From a virus: DNA of 64,000 bases. Below are positions 19,256 to 29,356 of the stretch, piece after piece; positions within the stretch are counted from its first letter, which is position 1; each line of letters starts with the position of its first letter. Location of the stretch: IMG/VR virus record IMGVR_UViG_3300001846_000277, positions 3,664 through 67,663 of that record, one strand, 5' to 3'. The notes under the pieces were generated by a model. It was not told the origin of the DNA. It worked only from the letters and a program-made list of their open reading frames with translations, and did no database searches. The position numbers and the translations under genes were made by a program.

Positions 19256-20233
19256 TTTTTTTGATCTGTCTTTTCGTTCTGCTGTATCAAACCCTGGAGC
19301 AATAACTTTTTTACCAGTTGAAGGAAGAGTGTATTCAAAGTTATTAAAATTTTCAAACACTCCCCTGCCTATACAAAAACACAGAGTAGGGTCTCTATGA
19401 TCAGGATGAGGAGAAACTCCCCATCTTTCTAACATTATATCTTGCCATCTGTCTATTACACTCTGCGGAATTGGTTTATCGGGTCCGCAGCCTATAAAAC
19501 TAAAATCATATCCATAAGAGATTGTTGTTTCCATTATGGCGCCGCCGTGAATTCCAATTGCTTGTAATTGATTATATAAAGAAAATTCTTTATTTCCTAT
19601 AATCTGTGCAACATAAACAAGCGGAGCACTAGATACTGCAACCATATGCCTAATCGGAGACTTATTGTCATTAAGGAAAAAATTTTCAACTAAAAAGTCC
19701 TTAATATACTGATCATTTTGTTTCAGTTTAAACAATCCAAAATGTGTATCTAATTGAGACGGAGTAGACATAATAGTATTATCTATAAATGATTCCAGTT
19801 CAGATGGAATATGTATAGTGCTATCAAACATTACCATGTTTCTACGCTGCTGCATAACTTCTTCAGTATAGAATAAGTCAGGTCCTTCTTCTATTATTGT
19901 TTTTAAAATAGAAATCAGTTCACATATTTCTTTAGTTTTAGCTGGTATGATTTTTACTAGATTTTTTTCCAGTAAATCGTAGATAGCAAATTCAACATCA
20001 ATATTTTTTATTTGTCTTTTGCCTCTATGCCAAAATTTTGAAGCTATTAATCTTGTTGAGTCAGTTGTTGAATTAAACAAATCAGCAGATATAGAACTAT
20101 ATATGTATTCTAAATCTCTAATACATTTTTTATATTCATTTGTTCTCGTGCTATATTCAGTTCTTATAATAGAAACTAAATTTTTAATTATAGACTCTTT
20201 GTGTCGCCTTAAATCATTGTATTCTTGTTGCAT
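19244..20233 (-). CDS. putative nitroreductase-like protein with N-terminal helical extension
   Basis: RRNMVMFDSTIHIP...IMSTPS and IGIHGGAIMETTISYGYDFSFIGC resemble the nitroreductase core. Confidence 0.45.
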   Translation of the reverse strand: MQQEYNDLRRHKESIIKNLVSIIRTEYSTRTNEYKKCIRDLEYIYSSISADLFNSTTDSTRLIASKFWHRGKRQIKNIDVEFAIYDLLEKNLVKIIPAKTKEICELISILKTIIEEGPDLFYTEEVMQQRRNMVMFDSTIHIPSELESFIDNTIMSTPSQLDTHFGLFKLKQNDQYIKDFLVENFFLNDNKSPIRHMVAVSSAPLVYVAQIIGNKEFSLYNQLQAIGIHGGAIMETTISYGYDFSFIGCGPDKPIPQSVIDRWQDIMLERWGVSPHPDHRDPTLCFCIGRGVFENFNNFEYTLPSTGKKVIAPGFDTAERKDRSKKLFN

Positions 20234-21332
20234 AATTCCAAACTCTATAGAAACCTTTATTTAAATCAAAAACCGAAGTCTTACGGATTTTATCATCTAA
20301 TTCTGTTTTTCTTTTAAATTTCTCAAAATATTCTTTGCTATATGTATATGTGCTTGCTATATTACTTATCTGTGTTGCAAAAGGATGATTTAAGGAATTT
20401 AAATATTCAATTTTTTCTTCTCTTATATGATCTGGTATTGCTGATATCTTTAAAGGTATTTGCCCATATACTGGACTAATGTCTAAAGTATGTTCTGGAA
20501 ATTGAAAAAAGTATTCAACCCATTCTTCTACATTCATAAAACTATACGCTGTAAGCACAGGACGCAAACTATAACTATCTGTTAAATCTATAGTTTTCCA
20601 AAGATTTTTTTCTATTATTTTCCAGTTTGCATTAGTTCTTACATATTCTAATGTATTGCCTATTGCATCTAAAGATATATTAATGTGTAAATCTCTAAAC
20701 TGTTTTATTCTATATGTCCATTCTTCTGGAACTGAAGAACAGTTTGTTGTATAACTTATCATAATATTTTCGTTATACTTGTTATCAATTAGGTAATCTA
20801 AAATTTTATATAACTTTTTATTAAAAGTAGGTTCACCTCCTAGAATAGCAAATTCTTTTAGATTGCTAAAATCAAAATCTATAACATCGTCTGTAGGTCT
20901 TTTTTCAATATAGTCATCTAGTTTACCTATCTTGATATATTCTTCCTCAATAAGATTACTGCTATATGGACTACACATACGACATTTAAAATTACATAAG
21001 TTATCAGGTCTGTAATCAATTCTCCATACAGCGTCATACTGATTATATTGTTTTGTTTTCTTTTCTATAAAATTCCTCTGAGACTTTAAGCCTTTTGACT
21101 CTATGTGTATACACGCATCGCAGGAAGTTTGTAATTCTTCCATATTATGATCTAGCATATGTTTTTTTACTTGTGTTAAATATTCGCTATCTAAGTAGTC
21201 TTTTACTTTACCAGTAAATCTTTTTCCGTGCCATTCACAACATGGACTTGCACCACCACCTTCATAAACACCACTGTATTGTATATTAGTCCACGGAGCA
21301 TAACAAAATGGTTTATTGTTTAATTTCGTCAT
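20214..21332 (-). CDS. radical SAM enzyme, type A
   Basis: FCYAPW...PCCEW...C..C; CNFKCRMC; GGEP. Confidence 0.9.
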   Translation of the reverse strand: MTKLNNKPFCYAPWTNIQYSGVYEGGGASPCCEWHGKRFTGKVKDYLDSEYLTQVKKHMLDHNMEELQTSCDACIHIESKGLKSQRNFIEKKTKQYNQYDAVWRIDYRPDNLCNFKCRMCSPYSSNLIEEEYIKIGKLDDYIEKRPTDDVIDFDFSNLKEFAILGGEPTFNKKLYKILDYLIDNKYNENIMISYTTNCSSVPEEWTYRIKQFRDLHINISLDAIGNTLEYVRTNANWKIIEKNLWKTIDLTDSYSLRPVLTAYSFMNVEEWVEYFFQFPEHTLDISPVYGQIPLKISAIPDHIREEKIEYLNSLNHPFATQISNIASTYTYSKEYFEKFKRKTELDDKIRKTSVFDLNKGFYRVWNYATRIQ

Positions 21333-22491
21333 AGTGCCAGCCAATTATTTTCCAGGTATTACAATCTCTATAAGAATCTGTCATTTCGATATGAGATTTT
21401 AGCATATCTAAATCATGCGGTTCTTTAGTATTTTGTAATATATTAACTAATTCTTCTATTTGTTGTTGTTCTTCATCTGTGTAATCAACAAACATAGAAC
21501 TTTCTATTTCTGCTACTACACGATCTCTTGCCCATTTAGGACTATTGTCTAGACTATACCAAGGTGCTCCATTAAGCCAACTAAAACCTATTTTAAACCT
21601 ATCTTGATAATCTGTATAATCTTTAAACCAAATAATACTATCGCACAAATTCATTAAATTTAAATTATGTGGAACTATAGCAAACTCGCATGTTAACCAA
21701 TCATATTTTTTTAGTATGTTAATTTTTTCTATAGTATCTTCCCATTTTAATGGCCAACGTAAATATTCGTAAAACTCTTTACCACTTCCGTCTATACTGT
21801 AGTTTATGTGTAAATGGTCAAATGGTTTTAATTTCTGTATTTGTTCTTCAGTAAAACTTCCATTTGTTGTAATATTAAGTCCCGGAAGTTTTTTGCCACT
21901 TTCGAGCAAAGCATCGATCATTCTATCAAAATGAACATTTATAAATGGTTCGCCGCCTGTGATTTCAAGTTTGCGTATATTGTCTGCTCTGTCTACAATA
22001 TCATTAATGATATTTCTATACCATGTTTTACTTTTTGACCAATCGTGTTGCTTAGAAACAAGTTTTAGTAAATTAGGATCTTCTACAGTATCTTTCATTT
22101 CTTTATATTGCTTTTCTATAAGACTACTACGACTTGCATTGCATATACGACATGCTGTATTACACTGATTACCAAAGGTGATCATAATATGTTCTATGCC
22201 ATTATCGGGGTTATCTTCGTAATATGCGTTACGTTTTTGACGCATACTTTTTGCGCCGTTGTCTTCTTGTCGCCAGCAAAAATCACATCCACTAACACGC
22301 TCGCCTGAATTTAATCTACTTTTAAATTCTTTAAGCCAATCACTTTTTAAGTATTCTTCAAAACTTTCAACTTCTGGCCGCTCACCAACATATTGACAGC
22401 AAGGTCCAAGATTACCTCTACTATCAAAATGTATCTGTTTATGTGGTTCAGAGCAGTATGTATCTACATCGCTGCTTGTAATAAGCGCCAT
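21313..22491 (-). CDS. radical SAM enzyme, type A
   Basis: YCSEPH...PCC...C..C; CNTACRIC; GGEP. Confidence 0.9.
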   Translation of the reverse strand: MALITSSDVDTYCSEPHKQIHFDSRGNLGPCCQYVGERPEVESFEEYLKSDWLKEFKSRLNSGERVSGCDFCWRQEDNGAKSMRQKRNAYYEDNPDNGIEHIMITFGNQCNTACRICNASRSSLIEKQYKEMKDTVEDPNLLKLVSKQHDWSKSKTWYRNIINDIVDRADNIRKLEITGGEPFINVHFDRMIDALLESGKKLPGLNITTNGSFTEEQIQKLKPFDHLHINYSIDGSGKEFYEYLRWPLKWEDTIEKINILKKYDWLTCEFAIVPHNLNLMNLCDSIIWFKDYTDYQDRFKIGFSWLNGAPWYSLDNSPKWARDRVVAEIESSMFVDYTDEEQQQIEELVNILQNTKEPHDLDMLKSHIEMTDSYRDCNTWKIIGWHYDEIKQ

Positions 22492-23357
22492 TCTTCTTTT
22501 AAATCCTCGTCAAGCTCGATCATAAATGTCATTAGCAATCCCATTTTGCTATTCCATTTTTTACGTGGTTCAGTATCAAGAGATCCTTCATTGGTTGCAT
22601 GTAACTGCACTGCATCAAAAATACAAGGCGATCCAACTTTCCAATCAAATACACTTTCAGCATTAAGTCCTGCAAGTCTACGATAAGGTGTATTCATGTA
22701 TTTCTTATGGAACTCTTTATCAAACGGTTCATTGCTTTGAGGCATTGGGTTACCATCTCTATCATAAAATTGTAAATGACTGTAGTCTGTAACAATCTCA
22801 TAAATGCTGGCAATGTTTTTAGTTTCCGCTCCACCATTGTAAACTTTTGCCCAACCAATGTCACGTTGTTCAAAAAATACAATTTGTCCGCCATCTATTT
22901 CATCTAAATGTGAACCAATCCAAAGAGGCGTAATAATATTTTTCCATGTGCTGTAAACACGCTGTTCCGCATTTAGAGGCACATTTTCTAGCATATTATT
23001 ATACCCCTTCTCACGCATAGCATCTTGATGCAAGCCGTATTGTTGCGGAGTAATAAAATAATTTCCGCCAATAGTAGGAGACTTTTCTGCAACTGGTCCT
23101 AGCACACTATCAAATTTTTCTTTAAATTTTTGATAGATAGGATTCATATCAACATCAATAATTACTGTTCCGTTACGATTAAGACGTGGCTTGTTAAAGT
23201 CTGCTGTAAAAGCATTTTTCCATAACCAATCTAATTCATCCTCATCGAATAAATTTTCTACACATTCTGCTTTACTACTGTGCCTGCGCACATTTTCAAT
23301 ATGCAATGGATGATCCATTGGTAATAAGTAATATCCTGGTTCGTCAGGTGTGCTCAT
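22464..23357 (-). CDS. Fe(II)/2OG oxygenase-like protein
   Basis: YGLHQD...CIFDAVQLHATN; GGAG SD. Confidence 0.55.
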   Translation of the reverse strand: MSTPDEPGYYLLPMDHPLHIENVRRHSSKAECVENLFDEDELDWLWKNAFTADFNKPRLNRNGTVIIDVDMNPIYQKFKEKFDSVLGPVAEKSPTIGGNYFITPQQYGLHQDAMREKGYNNMLENVPLNAEQRVYSTWKNIITPLWIGSHLDEIDGGQIVFFEQRDIGWAKVYNGGAETKNIASIYEIVTDYSHLQFYDRDGNPMPQSNEPFDKEFHKKYMNTPYRRLAGLNAESVFDWKVGSPCIFDAVQLHATNEGSLDTEPRKKWNSKMGLLMTFMIELDEDLKEEWRLLQAAM

Positions 23358-23390
23358 TGTATTTCTCCATGTGTTTTTTAAAACTAGGCA

Positions 23391-24857
23391 TTAACCAAAA
23401 CTTCTTTTTATCATTTCAATCTTTTTACGTACCATCCAAGATTTACTCTGGTCACAATATTTTTCTAAATGTGTATTTGCTTCTAATAATCTTTGTAATC
23501 GCACATCTAATGTATTATCTCTAAATTTCCAGTTCCAGTCATTATGCCAATAATCTAGTTCGTCTTTTACTTTGTGCCATAACGGTTGAGATTCGTCTAA
23601 CATACAGGTGTTTGCCATACTAATATACATTAATTTTTTATTTTTGTCATTATTTTTATTTGAATAACCTTTTTTGGCAAGGGCTTTAATTGTTTGTTTT
23701 GTTATTTCGTGATCATCATTTGTTTCAAAAGGATGTCCTACAAACATTAGTAATGTGTGATGAATATCATATTTGTGTAACATATCAAAACAATGCCACA
23801 TGTCTTCATCTGTAAACTTTTTACCTAGCTCAAATCTAACTTTTTCACTAAAACTTTCTATACCAACATCTAAAGCATAGCAACCACTTTCTTTAGCAAG
23901 TTTGTAATCTTCTTCTGGAGACTGGCGAAGATTTCGCACAATCCATTGACTATGCCACTGTATTTTGTCATCTTCTTTAGTGCAATTATTATTATAGTCT
24001 GCAAGTATTTGTAACATCTGTCTAAATGCTTTCATACTTCCATTTATAAGACTATCTGTAAATTTAAATGTAGTTCTGTTGTATTTCTTTTTTACAGTAA
24101 TAATTTCGTTTGCAATACTTTCACCGCTGCGATATACATATTTTGGCCATATTTCGTAAACATTGCAAAAATCACATCTTTTTACACAGCCTCTACTTCC
24201 TGTAATATAAGCAGGCTTAGGTTCGTTTAATGACGGATATTCTGACCAGTTGATATCATCATAATTAGGAACCATCACATCATCAAGATTGAGCATCTGA
24301 TACGGAGGATTATCATCAATGCCATCTCTGTCTAAGTTTCCTTTAAGTAATTCTACAACAGGAATCTCGCCATCGCCTCCAATAAAATGATCAATTAGTC
24401 CTGCCTCCCAATATGGCATTGTTCTACCACGCTTGACTTCAGCACCTCCCCAAACTATTTTTGTATTAGGTAAATGTTCTTTTACAAGTCTGCTAAGAAA
24501 AATAGCAACAGAAGTGCTCATATTAGTAAGCAAGCTCATTCCAATAAATCTAGGATTCTTTTCTTTAAAAACTTCTATCCATCCGTCAAACACATATTTG
24601 TATTTTTTATATGTTTCGCCAAATACCTCATCAACACGTTCTATTTCCCTACATTTAAAAACTGCATCTTGATCAAAGAACTGTTGTTTATCTCCATGCT
24701 TCACAAACTCATTATAAAGTTTTATATTTAAATCAATTACTTCGCAAGAATATCCTGCATCCTCGATATGTGCTTTGAGAACCGCTGGACCTACGGTTGG
24801 TGCATCAGGTAATATCTTAGGTATGATACATATTAACATATCGAGTTGTTTAGACAT
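23391..24857 (-). CDS. cobalamin-binding (class B-like) radical SAM enzyme
   Basis: N-terminal B12-domain pattern (PTVGPAVLKAH...IVWGG...GDGE), GSRGCVKRCDFC, DSLING, GIES. Confidence 0.88.
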   Translation of the reverse strand: MSKQLDMLICIIPKILPDAPTVGPAVLKAHIEDAGYSCEVIDLNIKLYNEFVKHGDKQQFFDQDAVFKCREIERVDEVFGETYKKYKYVFDGWIEVFKEKNPRFIGMSLLTNMSTSVAIFLSRLVKEHLPNTKIVWGGAEVKRGRTMPYWEAGLIDHFIGGDGEIPVVELLKGNLDRDGIDDNPPYQMLNLDDVMVPNYDDINWSEYPSLNEPKPAYITGSRGCVKRCDFCNVYEIWPKYVYRSGESIANEIITVKKKYNRTTFKFTDSLINGSMKAFRQMLQILADYNNNCTKEDDKIQWHSQWIVRNLRQSPEEDYKLAKESGCYALDVGIESFSEKVRFELGKKFTDEDMWHCFDMLHKYDIHHTLLMFVGHPFETNDDHEITKQTIKALAKKGYSNKNNDKNKKLMYISMANTCMLDESQPLWHKVKDELDYWHNDWNWKFRDNTLDVRLQRLLEANTHLEKYCDQSKSWMVRKKIEMIKRSFG

Positions 24858-25486
24858 TAAGAAATCCGATTTATTTCAATATTTTCTTTATATAAACTAT
24901 CAAAGAAAAATGAGTTTTTATTAAGCAAAAACCAGATTGATGTATCTTTGATTAATACTAATTCTCTTTTATATTTATTTTTAGCTTCTAATACGTTTTT
25001 AATAACTATTGGATGTTCATCTATGAAATCATGTCCAGACATAATATTATTGTCTGTTATAAATTTATCTATTATTTTAATTTTTCTATTGTCGTGTGCT
25101 GCATCTAAATAAACAAAATCAAATGGAGTTTTTATTTCATAATTCTCTGCCTTTTGATGTAACACTGTAATGTCGTCGACAAAATCTTTGCATAAATCTA
25201 AAAACGAATAATAAGTTGTTTCAAATTTTTTTGATTGAGTTATTGCATTTTCAATTAATTCTTTGTTGCCTAATATTTTATTATCAGAATCTTCATACCA
25301 AAAGTCGTCAATAACTGTTAATTTTGAATTTTTTTGTTTATTATAGTAGTATACTCTTGATGTTCTACCATAATACGCTCCAATTTCAACTATATTACTA
25401 AAATCTGGAATAATTCTAGCAACTTTAGCCAATTGCTCACATTGATACTTGCTAGTGCTACCAGGATGATCGTTATAATCTATCAT
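24857..25486 (-). CDS. class I SAM methyltransferase (Methyltransf_24-like)
   Basis: IVEIGAYYGRTS, FDFVYLDAAH, GHDF. Confidence 0.75.
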   Translation of the reverse strand: MIDYNDHPGSTSKYQCEQLAKVARIIPDFSNIVEIGAYYGRTSRVYYYNKQKNSKLTVIDDFWYEDSDNKILGNKELIENAITQSKKFETTYYSFLDLCKDFVDDITVLHQKAENYEIKTPFDFVYLDAAHDNRKIKIIDKFITDNNIMSGHDFIDEHPIVIKNVLEAKNKYKRELVLIKDTSIWFLLNKNSFFFDSLYKENIEINRIS

Positions 25487-26894
25487 CTGTTATATCCTTA
25501 AATATATCTTTCATTTCGGGAAATGTTTCAGCAAATGTAATGCCACGTTGCTTGTCACACAAATCCAAAAATTCTTTCATTTCGGGCAAGCGTCTGCTCC
25601 AATCCTCACTGTCCATAAAACTGAGTATGCCGTCTAATCTTTTTATTCCATACTCTGCACTGCGGAATTGTTCATACGTAATTTTTCCTTTGTGCCAACT
25701 AGGAATACCAAGTTCCCAGTTTTGTTCCCACCACGGATACCATGCTTCGTATTTTTCTCTAGTTTTTTCTTTAAACCATTTAGGCAAAACTTTTACGTTT
25801 AGATGTGCAGGCCAATACACAAAATGTTGACTAATGCCACCTGCACCAAATGGCCACATGTTTATTTTTCTATAACGTTGCTCTAGTTTCCATTGTATAA
25901 AATCTGGCAAGTAATGAATGTTGAGAGCTTGCACTGCGCAAGCAATAGTAACTTCTACATTGTCGCTAGTCTGTGTATCTAGAATACGGAACACTTCTTC
26001 TTGACGTTTCCATTTGCTTGGATAGCGTATGTAGTCATTCATTTCCTTTATACTGTCTATAGAATAGTGAAAGCGCACTAACTTGAATTCTTTCCAAAGA
26101 TCAAACAAATCTTCACGCCACTCAACACCGTTTGAATTGTAACGTAATTCTAAGTCTTTTGCTAATCCTCTACGAATTGCTTCTTCAAGTATTTCATAAT
26201 GTTCTTCAATAATAAGGCTTTCACCACCAGCAAAATAAATTTGCTGCATACTTGGCATTTGTTCATAAAACTGCTGCCAAAACACAGGATTTTGCTTGTG
26301 CCAATTGTAGCTACTACCGTTGGTGCTGCCTTTGTTTTCCCATTGCATTATTTCTTTTAATGATTCGTTTTTTACAGCAGGAAATATTGCTTTGTAATCT
26401 TTAATCCAACCCGAACTATCATGTGGGCTACACATTACACATGCTAACTGACACTTGGTGCCAAAACGCAAATCAATATATGCCAAGTTAGGAGGCACAC
26501 TTCCATCTTCGTTAGTATCTTGTAGTATCTTATCTACATCAACACGTTGGCTCCAGTAGTGTGTTTCCCACATGCGTTTGCTACGATGTCCTGCTGCTTC
26601 TTCTTTGTAGCATTTAAGACAACTAGGCGGCTTTTCTCCGTTGAGCATTTGCTTGCGAACGTTCTTCATATAATCGCTATTCCAAGCAGTTTGGAAATCA
26701 CTTACATTAAGATTGTTTGGTCTTCCTTCATCATCTTTAAGGATACCAACTTGCCCACCGTGTTCTTTGTCATTGGTAGGTCCAACTGAACTAGCATTTG
26801 CTGTGCAGCAAACTCTCATACTACCATCTGGTCTTGTGCTTAGATGCACCCAAGGTAACAAACAAAATGTATCTGAGGGATAATTGTTATTCAT
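25473..26894 (-). CDS. radical SAM enzyme, type A (paralog of 49351-50730)
   Basis: FCLLPWVHLSTRPDG.MRVCC; CQLACVMC; AGGES; TAAGTA 5 nt upstream of the ATG. Confidence 0.9.
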   Translation of the reverse strand: MNNNYPSDTFCLLPWVHLSTRPDGSMRVCCTANASSVGPTNDKEHGGQVGILKDDEGRPNNLNVSDFQTAWNSDYMKNVRKQMLNGEKPPSCLKCYKEEAAGHRSKRMWETHYWSQRVDVDKILQDTNEDGSVPPNLAYIDLRFGTKCQLACVMCSPHDSSGWIKDYKAIFPAVKNESLKEIMQWENKGSTNGSSYNWHKQNPVFWQQFYEQMPSMQQIYFAGGESLIIEEHYEILEEAIRRGLAKDLELRYNSNGVEWREDLFDLWKEFKLVRFHYSIDSIKEMNDYIRYPSKWKRQEEVFRILDTQTSDNVEVTIACAVQALNIHYLPDFIQWKLEQRYRKINMWPFGAGGISQHFVYWPAHLNVKVLPKWFKEKTREKYEAWYPWWEQNWELGIPSWHKGKITYEQFRSAEYGIKRLDGILSFMDSEDWSRRLPEMKEFLDLCDKQRGITFAETFPEMKDIFKDITDDRL

Positions 26895-26902
26895 GCAATT
26901 AC

Positions 26903-27904
26903 TTATGGTATATTTCCTACTATTTTATGATTTCCGATATTCAATCTTTTTTTACTGCAAGTTTGTGTACATCTAATGATTCTATCACATGAATCAGTGC
27001 CGTGTAATGTAGATTTAAAACTTTCCTGCAAATCATTGTTGTAAAATTCATGATTAATTATATCATCAAATTTATTATAATATAAATTATTCCAATTAGG
27101 TCTGTAATTTAGATCAAACCTATTTTTAAATTCTTGCAATCTATCAGTTAATAGATACTGTGCATTATGTAGAAAACAACAAGGCCATACTAATCCTTCA
27201 TGTGTAATAAAAAATTGTTGTTCTGTTGCAGCATAACAGTTTACTTCTTGCTCTTTTGCAAGTTTATCCCAATTGGTATTATTTTTTTTATATGCAAGTC
27301 TATTTTCTATATCTGATCTGTCATGTCTGTATCTAAATGATGCAAATCCTAAATCTTTACTTAACTGTCTTGCTTCTTCAACTTGATGCTCATTCCATGG
27401 AAACACAACATACTGCCACTGTGCCTTACCTCCGCTATTGATATAGGCAGTTGCATTGTCAATAATTTTTTGGAAGTTTGATCCTCTCCTATACAAATGA
27501 TTAGTATCTTGTAACCCGTCAATACTAAATTTAACATATGAACCTTTATGCTGACTTAGAATCAAAGCTATTTGTTTCCAATAATCAGGTGCCCGTAAAC
27601 TACCGTTTGTTTGCACAATTACTTTTTTACCGGCATTAGTAATGTATTGTAAAATATCTAAAAACTTAGGATGCATTAAAGGATCATCTATTGAACCACA
27701 AAAATCAATATAGTCTAAATTTTTACACGCATCACTGTCTACTAAATCTTTTATTACGTCTACCGAAAGATATTGATTTTTTACAATCAATGGATGTATT
27801 TTATTTAAATCCTCGTTATACATGCGCACACAACCAGGACATTTTAAATTACAATTACTACTTATTTCTAATTGAAGTGCTAAAACATTTTCTATATATT
27901 TCAT
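26903..27904 (-). CDS. radical SAM enzyme, type C (CG..GDP-like motif)
   Basis: EISSNCNLKCPGC; FCGSIDDP; C-terminal C...PCC...C...C. Confidence 0.88.
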   Translation of the reverse strand: MKYIENVLALQLEISSNCNLKCPGCVRMYNEDLNKIHPLIVKNQYLSVDVIKDLVDSDACKNLDYIDFCGSIDDPLMHPKFLDILQYITNAGKKVIVQTNGSLRAPDYWKQIALILSQHKGSYVKFSIDGLQDTNHLYRRGSNFQKIIDNATAYINSGGKAQWQYVVFPWNEHQVEEARQLSKDLGFASFRYRHDRSDIENRLAYKKNNTNWDKLAKEQEVNCYAATEQQFFITHEGLVWPCCFLHNAQYLLTDRLQEFKNRFDLNYRPNWNNLYYNKFDDIINHEFYNNDLQESFKSTLHGTDSCDRIIRCTQTCSKKRLNIGNHKIVGNIP

Positions 27905-28983
27905 TACGCAAACTGCTCTGCAAAAGGATCAAATTCTTTTCCGCATTTCATACTACAAACTTTTAATTTGCCATCAGCGCAACTAGGCTTGTTCCAACTG
28001 GCTTCTATGTTGTCAAAAATACCTGTGTCAAACACTGCACGTAATCCATGTGTTTTTGCACTGATTGCATCTTTACCTCCTACAGCATCAATAAAGTCCC
28101 ATACTTGTTCTACCTTAGGATCTTTGTGCCACCATTTATACATACGTCCAGCAGTCCAACAGCAAGGCATTGCAAGTCCTTCTGCTGTGATAAACAAACT
28201 ACCTTCGTCTTTTACTTTACAATGTATTTCTGCACGATCATAATAGGCATCCATACTACCATGTTTTTCTTTGACCTTGTCATACTGCATTATTGCTTTA
28301 TTTTGATATTTTTCATCTGGCTTTTTAAGTTCAGCAGTTTTTTCACCTTTGCGATTAACAGCTTGATGTGATTCTTTCTTCTCGCTATTGGCAGTTACAA
28401 ATCTACCTGTTTTTTTAGCAACAAACTTTTCAAATCCAAGGTGTTCACTTAACTGTTTAGCTTCATCAACTTGATGCTGGTTATGATCAAAAACTAAAAA
28501 GTCCCAACGTGCTCTGCCACCAGCAGCAATAAAACTATGCATTGCTCGTTCTACATTGTCCCAGACAACACCCTGCCTGTATAAATGATTAGTGTCCCTA
28601 AGACCGTCAACGCTGAAAGTAACAGCACCCATCCTGCCAAAGACTTTGGCCAATTCACTCCACCACGCTTCATCTCTTGCTCCTGCGTTTGTATTCATAG
28701 AGAGCCACATGTCTTTGTTGTTCTCCCTGAAGTATTTAAATATTTCTAGTGTATCTCGTGCTACAATAGGATCACCCAAGTTACCACACATATACATTGT
28801 TTTTAATTGTGCAATAAACTCTGGCTCAAATATACGTTTACAATCATCAAGTGTAAGTTCGCTTAAATCTATGTGAGGATTTATTGCTCCGCCATTTTGA
28901 TTGCGATCGCACATAGGACAACTTGCTTGGCAATTTTGTGTATTTTCTAAATGAATTGTTTTTATATTTTCATACTTATACAT
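27904..28983 (-). CDS. radical SAM enzyme, type C (paralog of 44493-45539)
   Basis: ENTQNCQASCPMC; CGNLGDP; C-terminal PCC...C...C. Confidence 0.9.
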   Translation of the reverse strand: MYKYENIKTIHLENTQNCQASCPMCDRNQNGGAINPHIDLSELTLDDCKRIFEPEFIAQLKTMYMCGNLGDPIVARDTLEIFKYFRENNKDMWLSMNTNAGARDEAWWSELAKVFGRMGAVTFSVDGLRDTNHLYRQGVVWDNVERAMHSFIAAGGRARWDFLVFDHNQHQVDEAKQLSEHLGFEKFVAKKTGRFVTANSEKKESHQAVNRKGEKTAELKKPDEKYQNKAIMQYDKVKEKHGSMDAYYDRAEIHCKVKDEGSLFITAEGLAMPCCWTAGRMYKWWHKDPKVEQVWDFIDAVGGKDAISAKTHGLRAVFDTGIFDNIEASWNKPSCADGKLKVCSMKCGKEFDPFAEQFA

Positions 28984-29004
28984 TCAACTTTTTATCTCTT
29001 AATA

Positions 29005-29028
29005 AAGTGCGTATATAAATATTTATAT
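29005..29028. promoter_or_regulatory. bidirectional late promoter in a 16-bp perfect palindrome
   Basis: ATATAAATATTTATAT (29013-29028) carries TATAAATA on both strands and is preceded by AAGTGCGT. Confidence 0.7.
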
Positions 29029-29356
29029 GGACTATTATCACATTTGGGCAGATCCGGTAGAAGGAACTGACGCTAAAGATTTTGCAATAAAAATGAAACG
29101 ATTCCTAGATCAACTTGTCAAAATGAACAAGATGGAATCATATAAACTTACACGTATGAAATTGGGATTTCGAAGTATGGATATTCCAGAATTTCATATT
29201 ATGATGCAATTTAAAAATATGCAACAGTTAGACAATGCAATGACTGCTGTGTTAAATGATGAAGAAAAAATAGAAGATGCACATGTCGGCTTTAATCAAA
29301 TGGTAGATATTGAAACAATACAACATGCTTTATACAGGGACTATCCAGATGAGTAA
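29027..29356 (+). CDS. DUF6614-like small protein
   Basis: YHIWAD...LTRMKLGFRSMDIPEFHIMMQF..MQQLD.A resembles DUF6614 as I recall it (not searched). Confidence 0.5.
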   Translation: MDYYHIWADPVEGTDAKDFAIKMKRFLDQLVKMNKMESYKLTRMKLGFRSMDIPEFHIMMQFKNMQQLDNAMTAVLNDEEKIEDAHVGFNQMVDIETIQHALYRDYPDE

